A stretch of DNA of 46,236 nucleotides. Source: Candidatus Parcubacteria bacterium. GTDB taxonomy: Bacteria; Patescibacteriota; Minisyncoccia; UBA6257; 2-01-FULL-56-20. The notes beneath the pieces are model-generated. The model was not told the origin of the DNA and ran no database searches. It saw only the letters and a program-made list of their open reading frames with translations. This document shows, piece by piece, positions 1 to 6,842 of the stretch (position 1 is the stretch's first letter; each line of letters opens with the position of its first letter). Both the position numbers and the translations under genes were made by a program. The stretch lies in the NCBI GenBank assembly GCA_003599135.1, contig QZIV01000011.1, positions 1 through 46,236 of the forward strand, in the 5' to 3' direction.

Positions 1-99
1 TTTCACAGTTAGAAAGAATGGCAACACCAACGCGTACGCAACCTCATCAGTTCGCACACAGGTTGCAAATGTTTATGTTGAAGGCTGCGTAACAATCCC
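1..99. repeat. Terminal overlap identical to 46138-46236 (circular assembly)
   Basis: Exact 99-bp match of first and last bases; the fibre ORF reads in frame across the junction. Confidence 0.97.
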
Positions 100-184
100 A
101 TGCGACACAAATAGGGTGATAGAGTACTCTTCTTATGCGGGAATGGATTATATTGCGCTTGCCGTTTTGGGGTGGTTTTTATAA
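2..184 (+). CDS. C-terminal end of the fibre protein that starts at 43934 (wraps the circular junction)
   Basis: Frame from position 2 reads FTVRKNGNTNAYATSSVRTQVANVYVEGCVTIPCDTNRVIEYSSYAGMDYIALAVLGWFL, stop TAA 182-184; in frame with ATG 43934. Confidence 0.9.
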   Translation, partial: FTVRKNGNTNAYATSSVRTQVANVYVEGCVTIPCDTNRVIEYSSYAGMDYIALAVLGWFL

Positions 185-999
185 GGGCGAATCAGAGATC
201 GCAGCTGTAGGATGCCAGCTTCATTGAGATGCACAAAGTCTTTAAAATGTTCAGGTGGAATGCTCCCGGAAAGATCGACAACGGGTAAGCCGCTATGTAA
301 AAAGGAGGCTTTGAATTCTCTCGAGCAAGCAACCACCTTATTGACTTTTGCAGAAAACTCGCTGGTTTCAGAAACGGCATGGATTGGGAAAGTTGGATAC
401 AGCACATACAGGATGTTGGGATGTTTCTCGTAGAGACGCCTAAAAGGTTCAATGGTTGGCTCCTGAACGAGAGAGGCATACAGGTCAACATGGCGTGCAA
501 TTCGATATTCCATATGAACGGGCATAAAATCGGCGGCTTGACGGATGACCTTCTTGTGGCCGTTGTGAATTGTTCCCGTGTAGGGTCTAAAAAGTGCCGG
601 TCCTTTCAATCCGAGAACTTCATGTGCTCGAATTTTGGAGAGAAATAAGCGGCGGAAAATGGGATTAGTGATTGATTCTCTTGCATCATCCAAAAGAAAA
701 GCAAGGTCATTGATGCTGACCGGATATATGACAAGATCATCCGGTTTGCATGATGCGGCAACACGCAGAATTTCCTTTGTACGGGCGCTGTGGATGCCTA
801 GATTCTTAATGTCACCAAACTCGCCCAAAAAGGCCACATATGACGGGCCAACAAGAACAGGGCACGGCGGGTGCTCGGCATCGTATTTACGCATTCTTAA
901 GTCGAGATCGTACAACCAATGGTCTTTGGCGGGGAATGCGAGAACCGGCAAGGCAGAGGCAATTAGGAACAGCAGGAACCATGCTGCGAGTTTTTTCAT
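148..999 (-). CDS. Secreted or membrane-anchored SGNH/GDSL-like hydrolase or acyltransferase
   Basis: Start ATG 999 after GGAGGGG RBS; signal peptide MKKLAAWFLLFLIASALPVLA; SGNH-like blocks VLVGPS, NLGIHSA, SINDL, FKDFVHLNEAG (DxxH). Only clear minus-strand protein gene. Confidence 0.7.
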   Translation of the reverse strand: MKKLAAWFLLFLIASALPVLAFPAKDHWLYDLDLRMRKYDAEHPPCPVLVGPSYVAFLGEFGDIKNLGIHSARTKEILRVAASCKPDDLVIYPVSINDLAFLLDDARESITNPIFRRLFLSKIRAHEVLGLKGPALFRPYTGTIHNGHKKVIRQAADFMPVHMEYRIARHVDLYASLVQEPTIEPFRRLYEKHPNILYVLYPTFPIHAVSETSEFSAKVNKVVACSREFKASFLHSGLPVVDLSGSIPPEHFKDFVHLNEAGILQLRSLIRPYKNHPKTASAI

Positions 1000-1007
1000 A
1001 ATCCCCT

Positions 1008-1265
1008 CCGATCTGCGTGAATCTGCGGAATCTGCGGATCGAATATCCGTCAAAATTGTATCGCGGAAAGCGGGATTTGTCAAATCTCGGAGGGTCCAAG
1101 GTCCAAAGCTTGTCCCGGACTCTGATCCGGGATCAAAGGTCCCCGATCCGGGATCGCGAAAGGAGAGCGGTTATGAAATCGAATTCGTGGTTAAATGATT
1201 TTGCTCCTCCGGCGGCGGATCGCCGCAAAGATTCCCCCTTAAACAAAGGGGGACTAAGGGGGATT
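1008..1265. repeat. Cluster of short tandem and palindromic micro-repeats
   Basis: (ATCTGCG)x3 at about 1011-1040; GGTCCAAGGTCCAA at about 1093-1106; GATCCGGGATC twice at about 1125-1155; GCGGCGGATCGCCGC hairpin; CCCCCTTAAACAAAGGGGG palindrome at about 1233-1252. Confidence 0.75.
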
Positions 1266-1553
1266 TTGCTTTTAGCCCTTGCGGCGGCGGTGTTCCTGGC
1301 GCTGCTTATATTGCTGGATGCGCCTGTGCCGGCAAAGGACCTCGGGCCGATGTCGACCATTAAATGCGACGTGTGCGGCCTCGATCTCGTCGTTTACGAT
1401 AACCAGGTGCCGGAGACGTGGGCGGTCTTTAGCGTGTGCACGCCCGACACCTGGGGCAACGATTGCACAGATTATTTTCACGTCTGCCCCGCCGACAGGG
1501 TAAAACCTGCGGTGCACGCTCAGATTGTGGCGATGATATTGGAGCCGAAATAA
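1173..1553 (+). CDS. Exported or membrane protein with Cys-containing domain
   Basis: AAGGAG RBS before ATG 1173; hydrophobic LLLALAAAVFLALLILL followed by VPA; CDVC and further Cys residues. Confidence 0.65.
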   Translation: MKSNSWLNDFAPPAADRRKDSPLNKGGLRGILLLALAAAVFLALLILLDAPVPAKDLGPMSTIKCDVCGLDLVVYDNQVPETWAVFSVCTPDTWGNDCTDYFHVCPADRVKPAVHAQIVAMILEPK

Positions 1554-1578
1554 CTCTCTCTAAAACGCGGGACTCGGA

Positions 1579-1866
1579 ATGAACCAAAATCCATTAGACG
1601 GCGTCTGCAACCCTTTAGGCAACGGCTGTAAGGCGCTCTCAATCATGATCGGGGAAATTCGCAACGAGAAGGCGTCAAAGGACTACGTTGACAAACAGTT
1701 CGAAAAACAGGACTCAGGGAGAAGGGAGTTAGAAAAGAAAATGGAGGAAGCGATCAAAGCGTTTCGGGGCATGCTGTGGTGGGTTGTCGGCCTTGTGTTT
1801 GCGGAAATGCTGACGATTATGGGTGTTCTTGCATTCGCGCTATTCAAGGTCAAGGCGGGGCTATGA
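1579..1866 (+). CDS. Coiled-coil protein with C-terminal transmembrane helix (lysis module, possibly holin-associated)
   Basis: Charged helix followed by LWWVVGLVFAEMLTIMGVLAFALF; ATGA-coupled to the endolysin. Confidence 0.6.
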   Translation: MNQNPLDGVCNPLGNGCKALSIMIGEIRNEKASKDYVDKQFEKQDSGRRELEKKMEEAIKAFRGMLWWVVGLVFAEMLTIMGVLAFALFKVKAGL

Positions 1867-2183
1867 ACCGCGTCGACTTCACAAGGGCGATATCAACCCT
1901 ACTGTTTGAGATGGAGGCCGAGGGCGAAAGGCCGATACTCGATTATGTTAAGCGGCCCGCAGAGGAACAGCGGCGGCTATATGATGCCGGCCTGTCCAAG
2001 TGCGACGGTAAAGTGAAGGTTTCGAAACATCAACCGGGGAAAGCGGCAGATATCTACTTTGCCACAGAGGACGGCAAGCGCCTTGAAGATCCGCAAAAGG
2101 GCTGGGAATACTGGCATGAGCGGTGGGAGCGGCTGGGCGGCCGGCCGATGATCGAATGGGACAAAGGCCATTTCGAAGTTTAA
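1863..2183 (+). CDS. Endolysin, peptidase M15 family (L-Ala-D-Glu peptidase-like)
   Basis: R-x3-EQ-x2-LY, SKH-x2-GKAAD and WDKGHFE motifs; start ATG 1863 overlaps the upstream stop. Confidence 0.85.
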   Translation: MNRVDFTRAISTLLFEMEAEGERPILDYVKRPAEEQRRLYDAGLSKCDGKVKVSKHQPGKAADIYFATEDGKRLEDPQKGWEYWHERWERLGGRPMIEWDKGHFEV

Positions 2184-2198
2184 CCGAAAGGGGATGCT

Positions 2199-2573
2199 AT
2201 GGAAAATCTAGACTGGATCGAAAGCGCATGGGAAGTATGGATACCGTGGGTGCTGCTCGTTTTGGGCGTCGTATTCCGCATTTTCGGGAATCCAAAGCTC
2301 GTACGGCTTGTGCGGACACTGAGATTCACCGTGATCGAGCACAAAAGCCTCGTGCATCAACTGACGGAGGCAATTGAGGACTATTCTAAAACCGACACGG
2401 CAATCAAAAGGACCGTTGCGGCCAGGATCCCCGATCATACACCGGAAGGGCGTTTGCTCAATGACACGCTCGAAAAGACCGGCAAGCGTAAGCCGCGGCA
2501 GAATTTCGGCCCTCGTAAGCGCCCTGCTGCTGGCCGGGCTTCTAAGCGCCGAATTGACCGCGGCGGACCTTGA
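2199..2573 (+). CDS. Membrane protein with N-terminal TM helix (holin or inner-spanin candidate)
   Basis: VWIPWVLLVLGVVF TM segment, basic C-terminus, directly after the endolysin. Confidence 0.55.
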   Translation: MENLDWIESAWEVWIPWVLLVLGVVFRIFGNPKLVRLVRTLRFTVIEHKSLVHQLTEAIEDYSKTDTAIKRTVAARIPDHTPEGRLLNDTLEKTGKRKPRQNFGPRKRPAAGRASKRRIDRGGP

Positions 2574-2745
2574 CGCGCTCGAGGCCGAACGGGTGAATAT
2601 CCGGCATATGACACGCGGCGAGATCGTTCACGTTGTGGAGCTCGGGGGCTGGCGCCATTGGGGGATTGGGTTTTCGCTGCTCAACCCGCACGGCAAAACG
2701 CATGGGCAACCAATGATCGAGGAAAACATGAGAGGAGGTATTTGA
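2461..2745 (+). CDS. Exported protein overlapping the upstream membrane gene in another frame
   Basis: MTRSKRPASVSRGRISALVSALLLAGLLSAELTA signal-like N-terminus; fills the gap to 2747. Confidence 0.45.
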   Translation: MTRSKRPASVSRGRISALVSALLLAGLLSAELTAADLDALEAERVNIRHMTRGEIVHVVELGGWRHWGIGFSLLNPHGKTHGQPMIEENMRGGI

Positions 2746-2746
2746 T

Positions 2747-3100
2747 ATGTGGGACTGGTTAAAAGGGCTTGTTGGCGGCGTGATTGATTTCTTCACGCCC
2801 TGGTTTCAGGAATTCGTCACCACGATTTTCACCAAAGGCGAGCAGGTGCTCTACGAAAAGATCATGCCTGGGGTGCTCGGGATTCTGGCGGACATCAACA
2901 ACGATCCGAATATTATTCTGGATGACGATCGACGCCATGCCGCATTTACGCGAATCGAGAGCCTATTGACAACCGATTACAAGGTGGCTGCAATCCGGCT
3001 CGGGGTGACGGTCACAACGAGCTTTATCAACCGCCTGATCGAGAACGCGCTGGAACACGCCAAAAAGACGGGCCAGCTTCCGCCGAATGCAGGCGAATAA
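2747..3100 (+). CDS. Hypothetical protein, possibly holin-like
   Basis: GAGGAGGT RBS; amphipathic N-terminus; C-terminal INRLIENAL recalls LL-H-type holins. Confidence 0.5.
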   Translation: MWDWLKGLVGGVIDFFTPWFQEFVTTIFTKGEQVLYEKIMPGVLGILADINNDPNIILDDDRRHAAFTRIESLLTTDYKVAAIRLGVTVTTSFINRLIENALEHAKKTGQLPPNAGE

Positions 3101-3109
3101 GCGCCCATA

Positions 3110-3148
3110 GAGCCCCCGGGTTTTCCGTCTCCTTTCGCTCGGGGGCTC
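3110..3148 (+). terminator. Hairpin ending the late/lysis transcript
   Basis: GAGCCCCCGGG...CTCGGGGGCTC stem after the last lysis gene, followed by AT-rich sequence. Confidence 0.6.
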
Positions 3149-3214
3149 CCCTATTTGTAAATACTGTTTAGTAAAAATAATTCCCACTTTTTTCATTTTT
3201 CTTGCTTTTTCCTA

Positions 3215-3243
3215 TTGACAGATATACTAGCTCGTGATATAAT
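3215..3243 (+). promoter_or_regulatory. Consensus sigma70 promoter of the ibrAB cassette
   Basis: TTGACA (3215-3220), 17 bp, TATAAT (3238-3243), with extended -10 TG and T-rich upstream tract. Confidence 0.9.
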
Positions 3244-3249
3244 ATACTC

Positions 3250-3744
3250 ATGAGAACAGAGAACATAAAACTAGGTGAAATGGAGGAAAAGGAAATGGAA
3301 AGCAAGGATGCGATCAAGGGTTTAAGCCTGAATGAGATTTTAGCAACCACTAAAGAATTGAGCAATTATTTCCATCAAGCCCATATGAAGGTTGCAGCCC
3401 CGGCCAGCGGGTGGGCAAAGAATATGGAGCAATATTCCTTGCACATGAAGTTTCAGGTTGGCGGCTGGTTCGCAAAGTCCGCAGAGGAACAGGGCGAATA
3501 TTCCAAAGGTTTGTGGAGTACTATAAACCAAGGTTTTGGCATAATCGAAGTTAATATATGGGCAAAATGGGGCGGCAATTATTACGATGAAACCCCGATC
3601 GAGGGAACCATTGCTGAAATTCTTATCGTTGACCGCAGAACGCAATGGGATGACGGCAGCTACACGCCCCGAAGCTTTGAGGAAGCAAAAGCGCAAATTC
3701 AGCAACTTCTCGATAATCCAAAATCGGCGCCTCTTCTCTCATGA
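3250..3744 (+). CDS. Hypothetical protein, first gene of the ibrAB cassette
   Basis: ATG 3250 at the predicted transcription start (leaderless); alternative start 3295 after GGAGG; ATGA-coupled to the next gene. Confidence 0.65.
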   Translation: MRTENIKLGEMEEKEMESKDAIKGLSLNEILATTKELSNYFHQAHMKVAAPASGWAKNMEQYSLHMKFQVGGWFAKSAEEQGEYSKGLWSTINQGFGIIEVNIWAKWGGNYYDETPIEGTIAEILIVDRRTQWDDGSYTPRSFEEAKAQIQQLLDNPKSAPLLS

Positions 3745-4145
3745 AATATCACCTTAAATTTGAGGCCATTGGGGACAACATCTCTCAAATGATGCGCCTT
3801 TACCGATGGATAACAGACCAGGCTCTTGGTAAAGGCGCTGGCGATGTGGTGGTTGGGCATATTAGCAGCGGATGGGTTGCTGAGATTACAGGCAAGGACA
3901 AAAAATATAAATTTCGCCGTCACTTTTTGCGGGGGTTCAAGGATTATTCCAAAACAAATTCCGCGGGAAGTCGGGGCGTTTTTATTTCATTTTTTCTAGA
4001 TGAAGACAAACTCTATGAGGCTTGTTACCGGGTTACATGGGGAAGCGCGAGACGATATTTCTGCATCATCAAGAATGGGTGTATCATTGAGTTATCTGAA
4101 AAAGAGGCAAGGGAATGGCTAAAACAAAAAGGCCTTTGGGAATAA
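3741..4145 (+). CDS. Hypothetical protein upstream of ibrA
   Basis: 134 aa ORF overlapping both neighbours; GWVAEITG...DYSKTNSAGSRGV segment. Confidence 0.7.
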   Translation: MKYHLKFEAIGDNISQMMRLYRWITDQALGKGAGDVVVGHISSGWVAEITGKDKKYKFRRHFLRGFKDYSKTNSAGSRGVFISFFLDEDKLYEACYRVTWGSARRYFCIIKNGCIIELSEKEAREWLKQKGLWE

Positions 4146-5317
4146 ATGTGCTTGAGGCCGCGCAACAGCGCGTCGCCTGGGCATTCGACACCTTCCAAAA
4201 ACTCTATGTCTCTTTCAGCGGCGGAAAAGATTCGACCGTTATGCTCCACCTAGTTGCCGATGAGGCGCGCCGGCGCAGCCGCAAATTCGGGCTGCTCTTC
4301 ATCGATCTTGAAGGACAATATCAATACACGATCAAGCACGTACGCGCCATGTACGACACGTACGCCGACATTATCGAGCCGTACTGGGTTTCCCTTCCCA
4401 TCCACCTGCGCAACGGCGTCAGCCAGTTCCAGCCGCATTGGGTCTGCTGGGACCCGGACAAGCGCACCGACTGGATACGCGAGCCGGACCCGCTCTCAAT
4501 CACAGACCATGGCCATTTCCCGTTCTTTCATTATGCGATGGAGTTCGAGGAATTTACGCCCAAATTCGGGCGATGGTACGCCGGCGGGAAAACATGCGGA
4601 TGCTTCGTCGGGATTCGGGCGGATGAATCACTCAATCGATACCGCACAATCAAGCGCCGAAAAAGCATGATGGAAAATAAGCCGTTTACCACATGGTTCG
4701 GCGAGGGCCTCTTTAACGTCTATCCGATCTATGACTGGAGAACGCGCGATATCTGGATCTATCACGCGCGCACCGGCAAACTGTACAACCATCTCTACGA
4801 TATTATGCACAAGGCCGGCCTCAGTATCCACCAAATGCGGATCTGCCAGCCGTACGGCGACGATCAGCGCAAAGGGCTTTGGCTGTTTCACCTGATCGAG
4901 CCGGATACGTGGGCGCGAGTTGTTGCGCGCGTCAACGGCGCCAACCAAGGCGCACTCTACGCGCAGGACAGCGGGAACATCCTGGGTAATATCAAAATTT
5001 CGAAGCCCGAAGGGCACACATGGGAATCATTTGCAAGATTGCTACTTGAAAGCATGCCAGCAAAGACGCGCGAACATTATGAGGATAAAGTCGCTGTCTT
5101 CCTTCATTGGTATTCCGAGCGCGGATATTTTCACGGAATCATCCCGGATGAAGGACCCCTCACAAAAGATGCGCCGAGTTGGAAACGCATCTGCAAGGCG
5201 CTTCTGCGGAATGATTATTGGTGTAAAGGTCTTTCATTTTCTCAGCACAAATCCGAAGCTTACGAAAAATACCGTAAAATCATGAAACGGAGGCGAAGCG
5301 AATGGGGATTGATCTGA
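4115..5317 (+). CDS. ibrA: PAPS-reductase-like PP-loop protein with DUF3440 (IbrA/YbdN family)
   Basis: YVSFSGGKDS PP-loop, GIRADESLNR, YPIYDW, QMRICQPYGDDQR, PSWKRICKALLRNDYWC; paired with a ParB-like gene. Confidence 0.88.
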   Translation: MAKTKRPLGINVLEAAQQRVAWAFDTFQKLYVSFSGGKDSTVMLHLVADEARRRSRKFGLLFIDLEGQYQYTIKHVRAMYDTYADIIEPYWVSLPIHLRNGVSQFQPHWVCWDPDKRTDWIREPDPLSITDHGHFPFFHYAMEFEEFTPKFGRWYAGGKTCGCFVGIRADESLNRYRTIKRRKSMMENKPFTTWFGEGLFNVYPIYDWRTRDIWIYHARTGKLYNHLYDIMHKAGLSIHQMRICQPYGDDQRKGLWLFHLIEPDTWARVVARVNGANQGALYAQDSGNILGNIKISKPEGHTWESFARLLLESMPAKTREHYEDKVAVFLHWYSERGYFHGIIPDEGPLTKDAPSWKRICKALLRNDYWCKGLSFSQHKSEAYEKYRKIMKRRRSEWGLI

Positions 5318-5943
5318 TTGGCAATACCATCATCGAGCGGGCGCGTGAGTTGTTCTCAGAGCTTGAAAATCTGGACGCAGATGTGAAAATTGAAGTCATC
5401 AACGAAATAAAGGGTGCGCTTCATGAGCATAGCCCCTTCGCCGGCGAGCCCGTCGATTGCGTTCTCTGGATTCCCGCCGACCAGGTCGAGGCCAACGACT
5501 ATAACCCGAATGCAGTGGCGCCGCCGGAAATGCGCCTGCTCGAGCACTCCATTAAAAAAGATGGTTACACTCAGCCGATCGTTGCCTGGCCGGTCGAGGG
5601 TGGCTATGAGGTCGTCGACGGTTTTCATCGCAACCGGATCGGAAAGGAATGTAAAGCGGTCCGCGAGCGGGTAAGAGGACATCTGCCGCTGACTATTATC
5701 AATCCCGATCGCGAGGATCGGGGCGATCGAATCGCCGCTACCATCCGGCATAACCGCGCGCGTGGGCGCCACCAGGTCGCCGCTATGAGCGATGTGGTCC
5801 AGGAGCTTGCCCGCCGAAACTGGAGCGATAAGCGCATCGCGAAAGAACTCGGAATGGATCCAGACGAGGTCCTCCGCCTCAAACAGATCACCGGCCTCGC
5901 TGAAATGTTCTCCGATCAGGAGTTCTCAGAAGCATGGGATTAA
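5302..5943 (+). CDS. ibrB: ParB/Srx-like protein (IbrB/YbdM family)
   Basis: ANDYNPN, DGYTQPIV, VVDGFHR, ATIRHNRARG, C-terminal HTH IAKELGMDPDEVLRLKQITGL. Confidence 0.9.
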   Translation: MGIDLIGNTIIERARELFSELENLDADVKIEVINEIKGALHEHSPFAGEPVDCVLWIPADQVEANDYNPNAVAPPEMRLLEHSIKKDGYTQPIVAWPVEGGYEVVDGFHRNRIGKECKAVRERVRGHLPLTIINPDREDRGDRIAATIRHNRARGRHQVAAMSDVVQELARRNWSDKRIAKELGMDPDEVLRLKQITGLAEMFSDQEFSEAWD

Positions 5944-5960
5944 ATAGAGGAGGAAACCTT

Positions 5961-6128
5961 ATGACCGAAAACCTTACCAAACATCAGACCGTACCGCTCT
6001 CGCCTCGTCAATGGGAGGCGATCCGGCAGGCTGCCGCTGAGCGCAACCGGAAACCGACAGAGCTCATGCGGCTCATTATATTCGGGAAAGAGAAGCCGGT
6101 GAAGGAGGGGAAACATGGGAACGTATGA
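5961..6128 (+). CDS. Ribbon-helix-helix (CopG/Arc-like) DNA-binding protein
   Basis: GAGGAGG RBS; QTVPLSPRQWEAIRQAAAERNRKPTELMRLII matches the strand-helix-helix pattern. Confidence 0.65.
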   Translation: MTENLTKHQTVPLSPRQWEAIRQAAAERNRKPTELMRLIIFGKEKPVKEGKHGNV

Positions 6129-6294
6129 CACCATTGGCGGAACACCGCGCCATAACCCAATGTTTGACTGCGATCCGCCATGCGATATTTGTGGGAAAGA
6201 TCCTTATCTGTGCACGTGCCAGGAATGCCCTATCTGTGGCGAGCAAGGCAATCCTTGTTGCTATGTTGAGCACGGGCTTAAACGCGACAACTAA
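6115..6294 (+). CDS. Cys-rich 59-aa microprotein (not in ORF track)
   Basis: AAGGAGGGG RBS; MGTYDTIGGTPRHNPMFDCDPPCDICGKDPYLCTCQECPICGEQGNPCCYVEHGLKRDN; stop abuts the terminator. Confidence 0.75.
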   Translation: MGTYDTIGGTPRHNPMFDCDPPCDICGKDPYLCTCQECPICGEQGNPCCYVEHGLKRDN

Positions 6295-6333
6295 AGCTAA
6301 AAGCCCCTGCCGGGCGGCAGGGGCTTTTAGCTT
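6294..6333. terminator. Bidirectional intrinsic terminator
   Basis: Perfect 18-bp stem AAGCTAAAAGCCCCTGCC / GGCAGGGGCTTTTAGCTT with 4-nt loop. Confidence 0.88.
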
Positions 6334-6394
6334 CTCGATATCGGGGCCGCATAACCGGACTCAAAAATATTTTTGTATGCACGTTATTTTCCTC

Positions 6395-6423
6395 TTGACA
6401 GAATTACATATCTATGCTATGAT
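6395..6423 (+). promoter_or_regulatory. Rightward sigma70 early promoter
   Basis: TTGACA (6395-6400), 17 bp, TATGAT (6418-6423), extended -10 TG; shares TTTTCCTnTTGACAGA context with the 3215 promoter. Confidence 0.85.
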
Positions 6424-6435
6424 CTTGCACATGAG

Positions 6436-6453
6436 GAACATTCTACGCGCCAA
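6436..6453 (+). repeat. 18-bp direct repeat, copy 1 (GAACATTCTACGCGCCAA)
   Basis: 17/18 identical to 6781-6798. Confidence 0.8.
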
Positions 6454-6625
6454 TCGCACAGTATCAATCCAATTAAATAACCACTATATTATTCTACCCG
6501 AGCGGTCTCTATAGCATCCACGCTGATTCTAAGGGCCGCTCAAATTTTGAGCGTAAACGTCGTACTGGCACACTATCGGGGAGTTTACGCAATGAAACCT
6601 AGAAACAAGATAAACTTATCCCGCC

Positions 6626-6650
6626 TAAGTCATTGCTATAAAATGACTTA
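6626..6650. promoter_or_regulatory. Inverted repeat abutting the dif-like site
   Basis: TAAGTCATT-7 nt-AATGACTTA, perfect 9-bp arms. Confidence 0.6.
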
Positions 6651-6651
6651 C

Positions 6652-6679
6652 GTCTTTGATAATATATCTTATGTCTACT
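6652..6679 (+). other. dif: dif-like XerC/XerD recombination site (candidate attP or dimer-resolution site)
   Basis: GTCTTTGATAA-TATATC-TTATGTCTACT: 11-6-11 layout with ATAA...TTATGT core; right arm 9/11 to B. subtilis TTATGTAAACT and 8/11 to E. coli TTATGTTAAAT (reference sequences from memory). Confidence 0.72.
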
Positions 6680-6694
6680 TCAGCGGGGCCGTAA

Positions 6695-6837
6695 AACTAA
6701 AATTCGAGGCCGAGACGGACTCCTAGAGACCCTGTCTCGGCCCCATTTATCGGCAGGAAAGGCCAAAGGACGCCAGTGCAGAACATTCTAAGCGCCAACT
6801 TAGGAAGGAACCGCGCCTGTTCGCCCCTTAGCCTTAA
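6695..6837 (-). ncRNA. Candidate antisense small RNA of about 140 nt
   Basis: Downstream of a leftward consensus promoter; no obvious ORF; ends in GGCCGAGAC...GTCTCGGCC hairpin followed by a U-rich tract on the minus strand. Confidence 0.5.
6781..6798 (+). repeat. 18-bp direct repeat, copy 2 (GAACATTCTAAGCGCCAA)
   Basis: 17/18 identical to 6436-6453; lies inside the predicted antisense RNA. Confidence 0.8.
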
Positions 6838-6842
6838 CCTAT

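Noticed and set aside
1-99. 99-bp terminal direct repeat as a biological genome end
   Set aside because: It falls mid-gene and 99 is a common assembler k-mer length; the HNH/P27-type packaging genes point to cos ends elsewhere. Treated as circular-assembly overlap.
5302-5943. ParB as a plasmid partition system
   Set aside because: Motifs and pairing match IbrB/YbdM; no ParA ATPase or parS array seen.
6125-6514. 129-aa ORF from the ORF track
   Set aside because: It runs through a terminator and a promoter; the RBS-supported gene is 6115-6294 in another frame.
6436-6798. 18-bp repeats as a mini CRISPR array or attL/attR pair
   Set aside because: Only two copies, 345 bp apart, with no spacer-sized unit and no integrase; better explained as RNA pairing boxes.
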